Shown: in pieces, positions 22,958 through 36,746 of the stretch | How positions within the stretch are numbered: the first letter of the stretch is position 1 | Layout of the letters: each line of letters opens with the position of its first letter | DNA from: Psammoneis japonica | Lineage: Eukaryota | DNA: 57,696 nt | Direction of reading: 5' to 3' | Assembly (NCBI GenBank): GCA_008632985.1 | Contig: QPGO01000157.1 | Span: 124,001 to 181,696, forward strand | The notes under the pieces: generated by a model | Told to the model about the DNA's origin: nothing | What the model saw: only the letters and a program-made list of their open reading frames with translations | Database searches by the model: none | Program-made: the position numbers and the translations under genes

Positions 22958-23363
22958 ATCTTGTTCACTTGACTTACACAGTCTCCCGTTTTGTTGTTAC
23001 ACAGTTACACAACGCATTATTAGCTACAGTATCTTTCTTCCGCCTTTGTTGTTGTTGTTGTTGAGTTGGATGCAATTATCAACCACTGACGTCATTTAAC
23101 CAATCAAAGGCGGCTGCCCGGCCTTCGGCTTCTTCATCTTCAACGTCACAACTTCAACTCCCTCCACTAGTTTCGAAATTTGTGACCGACTGCATGCTCT
23201 AGCCGCTGACTACTGAAACCATGGCGTCGTGAGCGTCACTCTGAACTCTGGCACCCTTGCGTTAAAGGTAAGGTATCGTCCGGTCGCAAGGTAAGAAAAT
23301 CAACCTCCGCTCAATAATCAACAATTTTATCCCATCCAGTCTCCATCGTACGGTACGAGAATT

Positions 23364-24441
23364 TTGAGTAACTTTTTGATCTCGGAATCTAGAGTGGTCG
23401 AGGACGCGACGAAGATTGATTATTCATATCGGGGAAAGAAACGAAGCGTCACCCGGATGGGTATTTTTGCTGCCGTGTTCGGTTCCGGACTCGTTTCGAG
23501 TTTTGTCACCGATGCACGGCATGTAAAGTCATACAAAAGCTGGAAGGCGGAGTACTCTCTACTAGACATGTTCGCAGTTTCGAATCGCCAGGACATTTTC
23601 GTTTTTAGGGATGAGTCGGATGTAATAATATTTTGCATGCAGCCCGAGCCCTACCTGGTACGTCAGGGACAGTGAAAGTTTCAGTGATTCTAGTAGATTC
23701 GCTCGTGTATAGCGTGCAGCAACCAGGTCCCTCGGTTACTGAGCAGCTTCGGAGGCTGCTACAAAAGAAGATTGCGTCAATTGCAATCAACGCTTTGTTA
23801 TCCGTTTTGACCTAGAACCCACTCTCTACAATTGAATGACAGCAGATTTGCAGTTTGTGAAGGGCTTCGAGGATAAGTGGGGTGACCTTTACGATTCCCG
23901 GACCGCGACGCAAGATCATAGGGATCGAGCATACGAATTTCCTATTTCCGTGAACGACCCATTGATGGTGCTGGTCTACTTCAAAATTTATGTGGATCTA
24001 CATTTTTCACCTCTTGCATGAGGCGACACAACACGAAATGACCCCCACTAAGCTCATCAGCTCTTGTGCAAGTTTTGCTGAGAACGACGCGGGCGATCTA
24101 GACTTTGATGCTGATGAAGGGAGACGGACTGCATTGTCTCGTATATGCGACCACTTCAACCAAATCACTCGTCGCCACAGCGGGATGCGCTGATCGACTG
24201 TCCCATATATGTTTGGTTTTGTTTCTACCGGCTTTCACAGGACCCTTTGCTTCGGGAAGTGACCATCGGCGAAGGTGTGTCGAACGACAGGAAGTCTGGG
24301 GCCTTGTCAGAGGCTATGCTTGCTTTGAAGAAGGCGCGTCCTCCGGCTTTTTGGTGCTCACTGGCATTCGTCTTAGTCGTCTCTCGGGGGAGGCGTTTGC
24401 TATTGACGTATAATTGGGAACCGTCAAGGCTGAAGCAGTGA
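23364..24441 (+). pseudogene. Fragmented coding-like sequence, unknown family
   Basis: Successive short protein-like ORFs in different frames (23364-23675, 23836-24021, 23990-24193, 24145-24441). No recognised motif. Confidence 0.3.
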
Positions 24442-24563
24442 GTGATAGTAACTTATTTCCCGTCTGCCGTGTTGTCGGGTCCATGTCCGTAAGACAATGC
24501 GGGTCTGAATGAAAAGAAAGATACAATCATGGACAAACTCTTCCTCCTGCAATAGCAAAAAAC

Positions 24564-25480
24564 TCAGCCCCAGTCAAAACACTCATTACAAATCAGGATC
24601 AGGATCCTCCTCCAAGTAGGAATCAACTGTCTGTCTCTCGCTCCCATCCATACATCGAATGTCGTAGTACGCCACGAGATCATCATCGAAGTAACGTTTA
24701 AAACTTTTGCCATAACACGAGTGTTGTCGCGACAGTAAAGCACATCCTGCCCTTTACTGTACTTGGACGTTGGTGTTTTCGGGGCGGGAAACAGATTCTT
24801 TTCAACCGTCTGTCGCTCTCTGCCATTGGAGAAGAGGATGGTGTAGTACGGAGTTTCGTCGTCAAGGTGAATGCTGATGATTTCAGCAGAAGCAATGTCG
24901 TTCGTATTACTGTTTGTGTACATGACTCTCTCACCGACTTGGTGCTGATACTTTGGAGGGCTCGGCTTGGGAGGCGAAACGTTGACGTCGTCATTTTCTG
25001 ATTCCGAATCGACCGACGGTGGGGACTTGTACTTTGAAGACGGCTCGTGAGCAGCACCACTGTCGGAACCAATGCCATGAGTAGAGCTGAACGCAAGAAA
25101 AAGAACATCAAAGAAAGAATGTGACATTAGAAACAAGCGTTTATATAACAGGCCGTACAGCAACAGCCACAAAAACTTACGAAACAAATGGCTCATTGAC
25201 GTTGTAACGATGCGTCTTGCCTTGCGCCTCCATGAAGTTGCTGTTCATATGCATCGCGTCCTGACCGGCTTTGTAGTTGTGCTTTGGAGGGCTGGGCTTG
25301 GGATACGAAGCTTTGACCCAGTCGTTTTCTGATTTCGATTCGACCGACGGAGGGGACTTGAAGAAGGCTCGTGAGCAGCGCCACATTCGGAACCAATGCC
25401 GTGAGTAGAGCTGAACGTAAGAAAGGAATATCAAAGAAAGAAGATGATGAAAGAAATCGTGTAGGAATGACAAGACAAGT
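24564..25480 (-). pseudogene. Fragment with repeated Tudor/SH3-like modules and a tandemly duplicated intron-exon unit
   Basis: 'KYQHQVGERVMY...AEIISIHLDDETPYYTILFSNGRERQT' is followed by a frameshifted second copy 'KYSKGQDVLY...AKVLNV/DDDLVAYYDIRCMDGSERQT'. 24920-25160 is repeated at ~25250-25490. Confidence 0.6.
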
Positions 25481-25599
25481 AGGCCATAGAGCTGTCGATA
25501 AGTAAACGCGGCAGTTTCTATCTTTATCTACTAGTTACGCGCATCCGAAAAATGCAGAAAGCATCTCTGTCTAGAGTGTAGAATATCATTTTGAGGACA

Positions 25600-28520
25600 C
25601 CAACCGAGGATCCTTTTCATTCACTCCCTTAGAGGCAGCCTTTCGAGCCATGTTGACAGCCGCTTCTGTCCCCTTTATGATTGTGAACTGTGATCTCCTG
25701 GAGATATGCCGCCTTCAACTTCTCCCTTAGTCTACATTTTGTACGTTACAGCTGCCTTTTCCGAGTGTCAAAAACTACTCCAATGCATCTTGACTTCCCC
25801 GCATAGTACAGTTGTGCTTGCTGTGAAAAGAGAAATCGAAGACACAACTCCCAGGTGAGTCAAGAGCACAGTATCACACAACGAGGGCCAAAATGAACAC
25901 TTACCAATTTTCCAGACGGCCGCATCGTTACAGCTCGAAGAATTGCAGTCATCAATGCCGCAACTATATCGTTCTTACACCCATTTGCTCGTTTAACAGC
26001 ATTGATTGTAGCTGCCGTTTTTTGATGGTACACCGGTTCGTTCGCTCCTGCCTTTGGTCGTCGCTTGGAAGCCTTGGCGGGCGACCTTCGTTGCTTCTTA
26101 ACCAGAGAAGTGGAAGATTTGCCCTCTCCAGATCTCTTGGTCGCTATTGTGCTCTTGGCTTTTGTATTCTTTAGAGGGTTCTTTGCTGGAGGGTGTTGAC
26201 TCGTGTACGTTGGCATGTGATGAGTTGGAGGATAGTGCCCGTAATGAAGAATTGGCATTCCACCCATCTGCGGTGGAGGTTCTCAGTCTGCATGGTGTAA
26301 GGAGGGGGGCGATGGCGTGAATTCGTGTAACTCTCCGTGTGCGGTGATACCGGCGCTCTTGAGGCCGGAGGCGGTCCACCGACAACGACTCTCTAGCCTT
26401 CCCGCCTGGAAAGCAGGCATCGTTCCAGGCATAGGATAGCATATTTGGATCTGCTGGAACACTGGGATGAAGGTATGGCATTTGAGATCCCACTGGAGAG
26501 TACGGATTTGTCGAATTTGCCTATGGTGCCGTCTTCTTCCCCGTTTTCTGCTTCTTGCTCGGGGTTTCTCGGGCTTGTCCCGGCTCGTCCTGCGCTTCAA
26601 TCTTTGGAGCAACAGCCACTAACCTTTTGCTCCGGCTTCGTAGCTTTTCGATGCAGCAGCCTTCTCGTCCTCTCCTCCTCTATGCCCCAAACAGATCTCC
26701 TTTGAAGCACCAGATGAGCTTGATCTAATTAATTGGAAGAGGCAGCGGTGTGGAATCATTCACAGAAAATCGGCGGGCTCTCTAAAGGCTGTCGTTCGAT
26801 CCAACTTTGCCTTGTAACCAGGGCTTTTCTGACCCCCAATGATTGGCCGCTACAATCATCCAAGTTCTCGTCCGTATTTTCGTACCTCCGACCTTCCCCA
26901 AAGAGAATTGCGCCTTGTTGTCCCCGCGTGCTTCAGTGTGACGCCAGCTGTAGCAAGACGCTCAAGTCCTCGTCCTCCATCAAACATCGTTCCACCATGT
27001 GAGCCGAATCAAGGCTCGGTCTGCCACGATTCTTCGAATCCTTGGCAGGCATCTTGCCGGCATTCCGGAGCTATCCCGTGGCAAAGGAGAGACGGGATGA
27101 CGAGAAGACATCATTGCATTCTTGCATCGGCGTGTCGACCGAAGCCCGCACCACCTTGTTCTAGAGCTCCACTCTATTACGGTTTGCAAGAGGTGGTATA
27201 CAAATCATGCTGGAGAGTTGTCCTTGTTGTGATGCGGGTCACTTTTCCTCTCACTTGGGAGAGGTGAATTTTCCATTTCTTTGGCAGACTCGCCTAGTCG
27301 GAAAAGGACATGCTAACGGTGGGTGTACGCGGTGTGTGAGGTGCAGCGAACATTCGCGGAGCGTTACCAGTCGATCCCAATTCACCACCCGGTGAAAAAG
27401 GCCGTGGGCAGTTGGCGATGGAAGCCACGCAAGGACTGTAACAGGGACGAAAAGTAGAGGCAGCCAGCAAGTAGCATGACGACAGCGAGCGAGTGGATAA
27501 AGATAATAAAATGAAGTCAACTCACCATTGGATGTATCAAATGACGACGGCAATTCATGTCCCTTTCCAAAGTCTAGCATAAAGTCCGTCGTTCCCGCTC
27601 CTGGCCCACGTTCCGGGAGTTTCTCCACCGTCGTGGTGACGAACAACAGGGTAACAAAAAGAGTCCTCCGAGGGATTGCAATTTGGCATCATTAAGGAGG
27701 GCAAAAATCGAACGGCCGGTGATTTGATAGGAGAAATTCTCGGTGTTGCCTCGGTTGCCTTTGGAGAAAAGGCAACATTCCTTCGACAACTTAAAGCCTT
27801 CACTGCTCTTTTTCTTTTGGGGCAGGTTCGGTGGTTTTTAATTTTGGTTTTCTAGATGCGGCAGAAGGAGAACCATCGTGTGGAGCTAGCGGACTTGCGG
27901 ATGCAATCATGGATGGACCATCAGTAATGGACGTTGGTCTCCCCTTTTGCTCTGCCGTTGTAGCTGCACCTGGCCGCACCACCTCACTTCGTGGGACTGT
28001 AAATGTGATGAATCCGACAAGGTCGCGATATCGTTCTTGATTGTAACCTTGTTCTCAGTTCCTTTTTCAGCTTGAGACTTTGCAAAGTGGTCCCTTTTGG
28101 GCCTGCTCGGGTGAGCTTGAGTTCTATAAACCACCGCCATTCGACGACGTCAGAGAATGCACTGTACTATCATTATCGTCGTTTTTCGATTGTTCCTCGG
28201 TGTGGTAAGCCATACTGAATACCTGCCGCCCCGGCGTGACACTAGTCCGCGCTTATTGCTTCCACCACTGGCCATGGAGGATGCCGAAAATACTGTTTCA
28301 TCTCGTTCACCACTGTCAAACCGCACCTGCTTATTGGGTGCTGGTTCATCATCACTCTGTAGCGAAGCTTCAGTCGGTGTTAAGGTATTGTTGCGTTTCG
28401 GAGTCTCAGACGACGGCTCGTTTGCGGATGATTCTACAGGCTACTCAGATTCTCGATCCGGAGTAGCAAAGGTTGGAGCTGCAGCAGCTGCTGGAGTCAG
28501 GCCTGTCAAACGCAGAGCGG
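25600..28520 (-). pseudogene. Decayed AP2/ERF-domain transcription factor gene
   Basis: 'AALMTAILRAVTMRPSGK' (ORF 25860-26267), then an intron, then 'QAQLYYAGKSRCIGVVFDT' (~25820-25765) match the diatom AP2 consensus RGVTMRPSGKWQAQLYYAGKSRYIGVFDT. The upstream low-complexity P/S/H-rich pieces are broken by stops and frameshifts. The 5' extent is uncertain. Confidence 0.75.
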
Positions 28521-28599
28521 TCTGATACTAACAGCGTGGGGTGAATGATAGAGAATACCGCGAATTTAAATGTAAGCGACTCGGATATGACATAAGACA

Positions 28600-29281
28600 A
28601 TGTCGGTTTCTTGTACAAGGCGGTAAGTCGAGCAAAAGAGGAGCGAAAGTGGCTGAAACACCTCCGGTAGCGGTTGAAAACGTCGTGCATTGCAAATATG
28701 AATGATGCTCTATGCTCTCCCCCATACAGAAAAGATACGAACTGCTCCATCTTCACATCCTGCAGCAACAAGATTACAGCATGTCTTATACTCGTCGTTG
28801 TTTTCGGCGTGATTGCAGAGACTCGCCAAGCACTGCACACCACCTCCCCCAGAGGAAACAACTCTACGGGACACACCCTGCTCCCAATCCAACACAGACA
28901 AGGTACCATCTGACGAAGCACCAACAAGAGTGTTGTTGTTATTGTTCGAACAACGAGTCCAGACCATGGTGTTGATTGGACGATTCGACTGACCGTGAAT
29001 GGTTGACAGCGTGCGCCATTTCTGAGACGGACTTTTTAATTCCACGTCCCCGTTGCCCCGACTAAATGCGACCTCGTCTTCTTCCAATAATACGTTATCG
29101 CTACTCCAATCGGGGTAGGCTTGTACTCCAAACAGCGAACACGATGAACCGCAACATTTACTTCGTGATCTTGGATCTGTGGCTCGGGATCATCATGACG
29201 AGGTTTCTCAGACTTGTTGGATCGCTTTGAAGACTTTTTCTTTTTCTTCTTCTTTTCACTAGACGACTCTGTTAACGGCAT
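28600..29281 (-). pseudogene. UTP4: 5' fragment of UTP4/cirhin-like WD40 gene
   Basis: 'VHRVRCLEYKPTPI...VAFSRGNGDVEL...LVGASSDGTLSVLDW...GGGVQCL...VAAGCEDGAVRIF' matches the UTP4 N-terminal WD repeats. Frameshift near 29085, and the reading frame ends after a few repeats. Confidence 0.7.
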
Positions 29282-29879
29282 GATGCTTATATAGAGGGAG
29301 AAATAGGAGATGGTTGATGGTTAGTAGTTGCAAAGAAGCGATGGTTGTATGAAATGAATAGCGTGATTTTGATGATCGATTTTCGTTCCAGATTCCCAAA
29401 CCATATACCGTCCGTCCTTCTCCTGTGTCATGACGTCATTGGAAAAGGAAAAGGAACCCGGATCTAACCTTTTCCTTGTTGCGTATGCATGAGCGAGCGA
29501 GCGCGACATACCGCACAGCGATGATTGACGGGACTCATTCAGTCACGTGTGAACACATTTCCTCAAAACAAAAAACAACACCCACCATGAGAATCGGAAA
29601 TCGGAGCTGCATTTTAGACTATTGGCAATCCTTTCAACAATATCAATGCTATCTACTATTCATTACTATCATATAGAATCAATTTATGTTGCTTGTTTGG
29701 AGGTGATCAGCCAATTGTAAGATGAAAACATGGATTTTGTAATTGCACCACGATTCGATACTCATTTTCGATCTCTGTCGCGATCGAATCGTATTGCGCT
29801 TNCCCAAACATTCACAACTCAAACTGGCCCGAATGATGATGTGGAAGGAGTTACCAGACGACATTCCTCGCCACGATTA

Positions 29880-32800
29880 CATATTTTCCACGATGTGGTC
29901 CTCTGAGTATGCTCCTGTTGACGCGGAATTCGTTTCGGAACCCAAAAAGCAGGTGGACTTCTCAACCACCATCCACGAGCACATCGAAAGAAGTTGATTT
30001 CTGCACCCATGTTTTCTTTCGTGGACGAGCGTGACCAGTCGTCGGAATGTCAGGGCAAATCTACGGGGAAGAAGCGAGCTGGAAGAAAGAAAAGGCCGCT
30101 CGTGTCGTCGGCTGGCAACAAAGAATAAGCCCCAGGTACAGTCTGCTTGGGCATCGCCCGAGCAAAAAGCCAGTGAAAAGTAAAGAATACTGTAGGTAGC
30201 AAGCAGCCTGTATGTCTTTTGGGAGCTCACACTAATTTGTCGATATGGCACCATATGACAGTACTCTCTAGAGTCAGCATCAGGTATGTCCTGCACCAAC
30301 TTCTTGTGGAACGATAATTGAGTTTCTTCTGAGTATCCCAGTGAGTGAGCGTGTCTGGGCTCTTTTATCTCCTCGTCGATGCTTTCTATTTCTATCCTTC
30401 TTTCACCCAGCATCAAAACAAGACCCTTTAGCTGGGAAACATCCTGTCCGTAGCGCCTAAGTCCGCCACAACCTTGACGGCGAGGAGGTTCAAATCGAAA
30501 GTATTGTACAGTTCCACTGGGGCAAGAGCGCTCGCTGCACCGCTCCACCTTCAAAGACAGAAATGCATCAACCCCGGAATGGTTCTCAATTGCGTACGGC
30601 AGGGTGGTAGTCAGAGAGCGTGTCGAACTCAATACCTTCTCTCTTGCTTTTGGTGAAATCTTTTCTGCCGTACCATCAGCGGAAGCCAAGGAAAAGACTG
30701 ACCACATGCGATTTGCAGCGCCAGTGCCATCAAGGAATTGCTCTGAGAACGACACGTGACACGGGAAAGATTCGATGTCCACAGTAGTGGACATTCTTTG
30801 AGAGTTAAATCTCCGACTGACGCCTCGAGCGCTGTTCATTGTGATTTCCCACGGTTTCACCAAAAGTTGTTGCCACATATTCGTGGAAGTAATAGTCTGC
30901 TAGAACGGATGTATTGACATGACACTCAAAGGTAACTTGGTGTGTGAATCTAGCCTGAGGAACCACGCCGCTCCTGACCTTAGCACAGGCCACAAAGTTC
31001 CTAGCTTTTGTTCTGAACAGGGCTTCATCCATACCTTGAAGATCATTCATGAAGGCTATCGTTGTTTCTGGCATGGTCATATTTTACGTCCAAACTTAGC
31101 AAAGCCGTAGTCTTTCGGGAACCGGGCGATGTCACCGAAGACAACGCCACCGCAGACTGCTGAGTATGCAACACCTTCCTGTCACTCGAAGCTTCGATGC
31201 CAGCATTAGATTCAAGTTGTAGCGCCAGTCGTTCAATTCGTGATGCCTCTTGCTCGCTGATGTGGACAACTTGCTCGTCTTCGGCTTCCGACCCGAGAGA
31301 TTGTGAAAACCCGGTGTGCTGTTGTGCTGTCCCTGCGCCGATTGGTGGAAGTTCCACGTCGATAGCCATTGCGATCGGCGTTTCTACCATCGCCCTTCCA
31401 GCCTTATCTTGCAGCGACACCTCTGAAAGCGAGAGACTTGCGGCTGAAGAGCACCCGGACCAGGAGGAGAATGGTACCGTACGTTGAGGTCTCCAGCGTG
31501 GACGGTAAGGTGTTCTGGAGAGTAAGCGGTTGTGGTGGAATAAGGTCGGCGCCGATGGCTCTTATGGCAAAAAAAATCCCCCCCCCCCCCACTTACAGAA
31601 CTAGCAATCTCAATCGCAGCATCTTTTGCCAATGAAGCAGCTTCCGCAAAAAGCGCGCTCAAAATGCCTTCCGTAACATGTTCAACCAGCGTCAATACCT
31701 GCGAATGTATAGACCAGTCTCATGGGTGATAGGTTGATCTTCGCGCAAGCGTCGCAGGTATCGACACCCTCGTCCTGAAGTGACAATGATATGATTGCTT
31801 GACGCCCTATGCTGTATTGAACAGAGAGCAATCTAGTTGACTGGTGCGGGGCGAGTCCAAGAAGAGTTTTGTACGATTGCCGCGTTTTCCCATTAGTGAG
31901 TGCCTCTTTTCGAACATCCCCAAGCTCAAGCGAGGCCTTCGTATTGCTCTGCTCGTCGTTCTCTGAGGAATGAAAACTCACTTTTGCGTCGGATATTATA
32001 TTGTCATCTCAAAAAGCGGTAGATCGTCTATGACAGAATTCAAGGATATCTCGAAGTGCCTTATCTCGGCCTTCAAAACAAAGTGCCGAGCTTTCGCCTT
32101 CGAGATCGAAAACTCATCAGACTCGAAGCTTTTTATGAGAGATTTCTCGTCGAGGCAAAGGTAATGGTGACTCAATCGCAGACAGCCGCGGCGACACCTC
32201 GGCGAGCGACAGGCGCTTCTGTGGCAGAGAGAATTTTGACCGTACCGCTGTCACTGCCTGGATTGCTTTTGGATTCCACTGAACATATAAACTCGAAAAT
32301 GTAGCATCGATAAAATTAAGTGCCACGGTTTCATTCTCTTTCCGAAATTGTGCCGCCAGTGGATCAAGCAACTCGATTGAATCAGAAAAGCTTCTTCCGG
32401 GCATTATAAAAGTAATGTTAACAAATTCAGTAGAGCCAGAGAAACTGTCATCAAAGGTACCAAGCTTCTCTAATTCCGCAAGAACATTGTACTCGTCATT
32501 TTCCGCAAATGACGCTGCTGGTTTTGGGAGGTTTGAATGAGCCCGCAGTCGCTGCTCCCATGGAAAGTCACTCGATAACCGGTCCAAAGTCCAAAACCAT
32601 CCCGTTCTCAGGCGGCAAGAAGCACCTCGATCGCCCGTCAAAGACGCAGACGATGCCGTCATCAGTGACGGCACATATTGATAGCAGGTGCAACGCGATA
32701 GCGAAGTGCAGAACAATAAGGTCGTAGAGACCACCTTCAAGTCCTGTGGTTTTCACTCATGGTTGCTGCTTTCGAAGTGTCTTGAAACCAGCAGACGACC

Positions 32801-34330
32801 TTTTCAATATAGAGCTTGTCACTGATGTTGAACTCGCATCGCGGCCTCCGTCATGTTCGACCTCATCGAGAATGGACATACATCTCGCCATGTACTGAGC
32901 AAAGATGCGGTTCTTTTGACCTGAGTTGGAGATATACGAAGCGAAACCGTAGGTAGAACGCCAAACGTACAGATACGGGGGCGCTCGTCATTGGGAGCTG
33001 TTTCTACCCCCATTTTGAGATTGAGTGATTATGTCATAGAGTCATCCCATTTCAACTGACCCGTTTTCCCTGTAACAAACATGAGATAAGACACCACTAG
33101 TTCGCTATAATCCTTGAGAGGATCCGGTTTCGTAGTGTTTCGCTTTGGTTGACTTGAGAACAATTCCATAACACTTTGCGGCGGCTCAATCTTGCCGTAT
33201 TTCAAGCTGAAGTGCCCCAAATCAAAGACAAGTACATCGGTAGTCGGCTCAACACAACTTTTTTGAAGGATGATGATGGGGGGCGAAGACGTCACAAATA
33301 AATCATCCAGGTAGTTTTCTTCTTCGTTTTACTTTTCCAGGCATCTGCAAATAATGCAGTAGATAGCTGGTCCGACACTGCAGCACTGGCTGCCCTCGCG
33401 GCTGCGGCGGTTTCGTCAACAATGTCCACCGCCCCAGCCTCCATAGTGTGTGACCGGCGTCATAAAAGAGATCAACCGAACCACTCAGACATTTCTAAGA
33501 GTGGGTTCTGACAAAATTGTTGCGACGCGGATACCGATACGGTATTGGAAAGCAAGAAGAAGGCTTTTACATCCTTCAAAAGTACCGATGAGGCCACCAT
33601 CGGAAAGAATCAATTGTTGGTCACCGGTGTTCGACTATTCCAAGTGAACGTTGAAAGCACCAGTGGTTGAAGCCCCCTCCTTCTGTGACGAGTACCGCAA
33701 GCTACGTATGACAGTAGGGAACAAGTTCTTGAGGGTAGCCTTGTCGTGAACCATGAGGCTTGAGAGACAAAGCTGCATCAAATGTGGTTCTCACCGCGCC
33801 CATATCCAATGACGCCAAAGGTCTCATCCCACGTGTTATCAAGTCGAAGGCACCCAGGGTAAACTTGATTTCGTAAATCTTTGAATTTGTTAAGACTTCC
33901 GATTCAGAGGTTTGCTCGAGACTAAATGCTTCGAGCTCTTTCATTTCTTCTACTGCCAAGAATATTGGAGGATCTTCCTCGTCCGGTGACACATCTTCGC
34001 CCTTTGACGCCCCGAAAAACGACGGCAGATACGACTTTTTGGCGCCCTATTCTGAAACCTTATTCGTTGACTCTTGTTTTTTTCTTTTCTCGTTCGACTT
34101 GTGCATCACCAATGTTCCGCCATGTCATTGCCTTCCACAGAGATAGCCCGAACTTGTTCTGTGGTAATCACGGTCTCCACTTCTTCTATCGACAAAAGGC
34201 TTCAACCAAGGACAAGTCTCATTATGAGCATGGCGCTTGTAAAGGGGTATATACTTCTTGCGTTTTTGAAATGCTGTGTGAAACTCGACCCAAGAGCGCC
34301 TACCTTATGCTATAACGTATGATATTCCGT
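29880..34330 (-). pseudogene. VPS13: Internal fragment of VPS13-family lipid transfer protein, many stops/frameshifts
   Basis: Pieces 'RRSWVEF..FQKRKKYIPLYKR' (~34290-34235), 'IKFTLGAFDL', 'SPPIIILQKSC...LVFDLGHF' and 'FIDATFSSLYVQWNPKAI' resemble VPS13 N-terminal and repeat-region motifs. No start or C-terminal domains seen. Confidence 0.65.
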
Positions 34331-34438
34331 TGAGAATAGACGACAAAGTACTACCTCAGAGACGATCGTATTGTTGAAATCGGCGAAACGCCATTGTCCA
34401 TCCGTGATCCGTGATGAAGTAAAGAGTAAAGTACAGTA

Positions 34439-34467
34439 AAGACTGGCCAGATAGAAAGGCACACCCG
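34439..34467 (+). repeat. Left terminal inverted repeat (29 bp)
   Basis: aagactggccagatagaaaggcacacccg, the exact reverse complement of 39920-39948. Confidence 0.95.
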
Positions 34468-34593
34468 CGCGCTCTCGAGCTCTCAAACTTTGTTTCGAGA
34501 AAAACGCGTTGAAAAGAATTTTGACCAAATATAAACATTTCAAGTACGGACATATAAGATATTATAAATTATTCTGATACTTTATAGACAGCA

Positions 34594-36746
34594 TTACGTA
34601 ATGTTCGTATTCCTGTCTGTAAGAGGCCCACTTGCTTCGGCAGTTTTCTTTTTCTTAGCGTTCCGTGCCTTCTGCTCGTCGCTCTCCGACTGCTTTTGCT
34701 TCCGCTTCTCTCTCTTGCTTTTTGCAACTCGATTGAGCACGTCGTCTCCAGGATGAGGACACATCTCGTCTTTGTCTTCCTTGTCCAGAAGCGGCCGATG
34801 CTTCGTGTAAAGCTCCACCTTCTTGACATCCTTGATCCCTGGAGCTGTTGAGGCATGTGGTCTTGTTGTTTGAAGTCTTGCTTTCCTGTCATCCATTGAT
34901 TCACTCTTCCTCTTTTTGAGATCCTCACTAACTTCTGGCTCGCCGTCCGCTGCTTTCATTGTTGCTGCTGTAGGATTCGAAGAGTCTTTCACTTCAAAGC
35001 AGTGGTGCTTCGCAACTGCACTGTGCTTCTTGCAGCTCTGATCAAAATGAGCTCCACATCCCAAAAAATCCTCCTCCTTTGCTTCAACAACAGTGACACA
35101 CTCAGAAGTGTCCAATGCTTTCAACAGTTTGCTGAAGGTGCCAATGTTCTTGTCACGGTGAGTTTGCTTCAGACTGTTGAAGAGTCTGTCACATGCATTC
35201 TTGGTGTGCCCTTTCACTGAAAATGTGATGCAAACTTCTTTGTAGCATCCTTGTTCCACCAGGCAGGAAGCGAGTCTCAAAACAGCATTGTTCTTGTTTT
35301 GCCCGATGCAGTTGTCAAAAATCAGTGCAAGCTTTCCGCCCGGACCCTTTTCAATGTCCAACAACCCACCATCGTGTGAGTGTTTCATCATGAGGGGATG
35401 CAACATTGTCACCTCCCTTTTTGGCCAGTGCCCTCGTGGCAGACGTGCGCGTGCAATGAATCCTTGCACTCACTTTCCGTCTCCTTTTTCCCCGCAGGAT
35501 CCGCCATTCCAAAGCAATTGACAGTCAAAGGTGAGGAGCAGTGCGTCTCCCCTGGCTGGTCGGCTCCAAAATGAGGCAACCCCCCATTTTGACAACAGCC
35601 ACCGATCCTCACTCGAGTCCGCTGACCGTGTGGCGTGTTTGCAATTGCGTGTTGCATTGCTTCCACAATGCACTTGCTGACTAGTTTTCGTTGCTTTTGA
35701 GCCCACTCGACATGTTCAGCCGCTTCCAGCATCTCTTTTTCCTGGGCCTCAATCTCTGCCATGTGCTCCTCATTGTCATCTTCATCGTCGTCATCATTGT
35801 TGTCTTCATCGTCACTCTCACCACCCTCATTTTCTTTCTCCTTTCTCGCTTTCATTTTGAAGCCATTCGCGAATTTGTGACAGTCATCGCAGATGTCCCG
35901 AGTTGGTCTTCTCACAACAATGTTGGGACACTTGTCCTTCCAAAAAGTGCAAAACTGTGCCCAGGAGCATGTCTTTTGTTGGGTTTTACCTGCAATTGGT
36001 GCGGGTTTGAGAAATTTGCTGCGGTCGTTTGACTTGAGCCTCCATCCATTGTCTTCTCCGCATCGTTTGTGCAATCCGCGCTTTTTCATGGTGGGAGGTA
36101 AATCGAACGTGTCTTCATCTCTTAAGCCGACTCCTGTTTCTTCTCCAACCAGTCTTGTTGCACGTGGTTCTGAAAGCTCTTTCATTTCCTCAAAGAACGA
36201 ATGCATCGCCGTGTAAATTTCGGGTGCTAACGTCTTGTTGGCAGATTGACCTTTCCTGCCTTTAAGACCATGTGATGGAAGCATGTCATTCTCTGCATGA
36301 GACTTCGCTCTCTTCCAAAACTCACAGTTTTTGCCGAGTGATGCGAGGAGAGCATGGGAGCAGATGAGACTGTTCTCGACAGTCACTGCGTTCTCATTGT
36401 CAGATTGCAACAGCGGCAACACAAAACAGCAACAGTCACCACTGTTTTTCTTGACAAAACAAGAACACTTGATCCAGGATGATAAAGCAGTGTAAGTTTC
36501 TTCGTAGCTTGGCCTTTCAAAGTGCACCAGGCAGTTGCCAAGCATCTTTGCGGTTCGGACGTCGTTGCTCTCCATCAACTGTGATCTTGGCTTCTTTGGA
36601 CACTCGCATTTCGATGGTTTCTTTTTGTTCACATCAATGCAATGCTCATGAAATGTTGGTGAATCATTGGGACTTGAAAGCCAATCGTAGAACTTTTCCA
36701 CAGCTTCATCGTCCTTGATGTCTTTCGTTGGTTTCGGCCGATTCAT
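34594..36746 (-). pseudogene. Sola-like DDD transposase (mutated; frameshifts at ~35395-35420)
   Basis: Motifs PTRDICDDC, (D>G)CCQNGGLPHFG..QPGET..SPL, HEG..KGGDNVAS (restored by removing two 1-nt insertions), IFDNCIGQNKNN and F.VKGHTKNACDRLF. These match the DNCxxQNKN / GHT...D.xF signature of Sola-type transposases. Confidence 0.8.

Noticed and set aside
35395..35420. Programmed ribosomal frameshift in the transposase
   Set aside because: Two separate +1 insertions are needed to restore KGGDNVASL, and similar homopolymer indels occur in host genes. Decay or assembly error is simpler.
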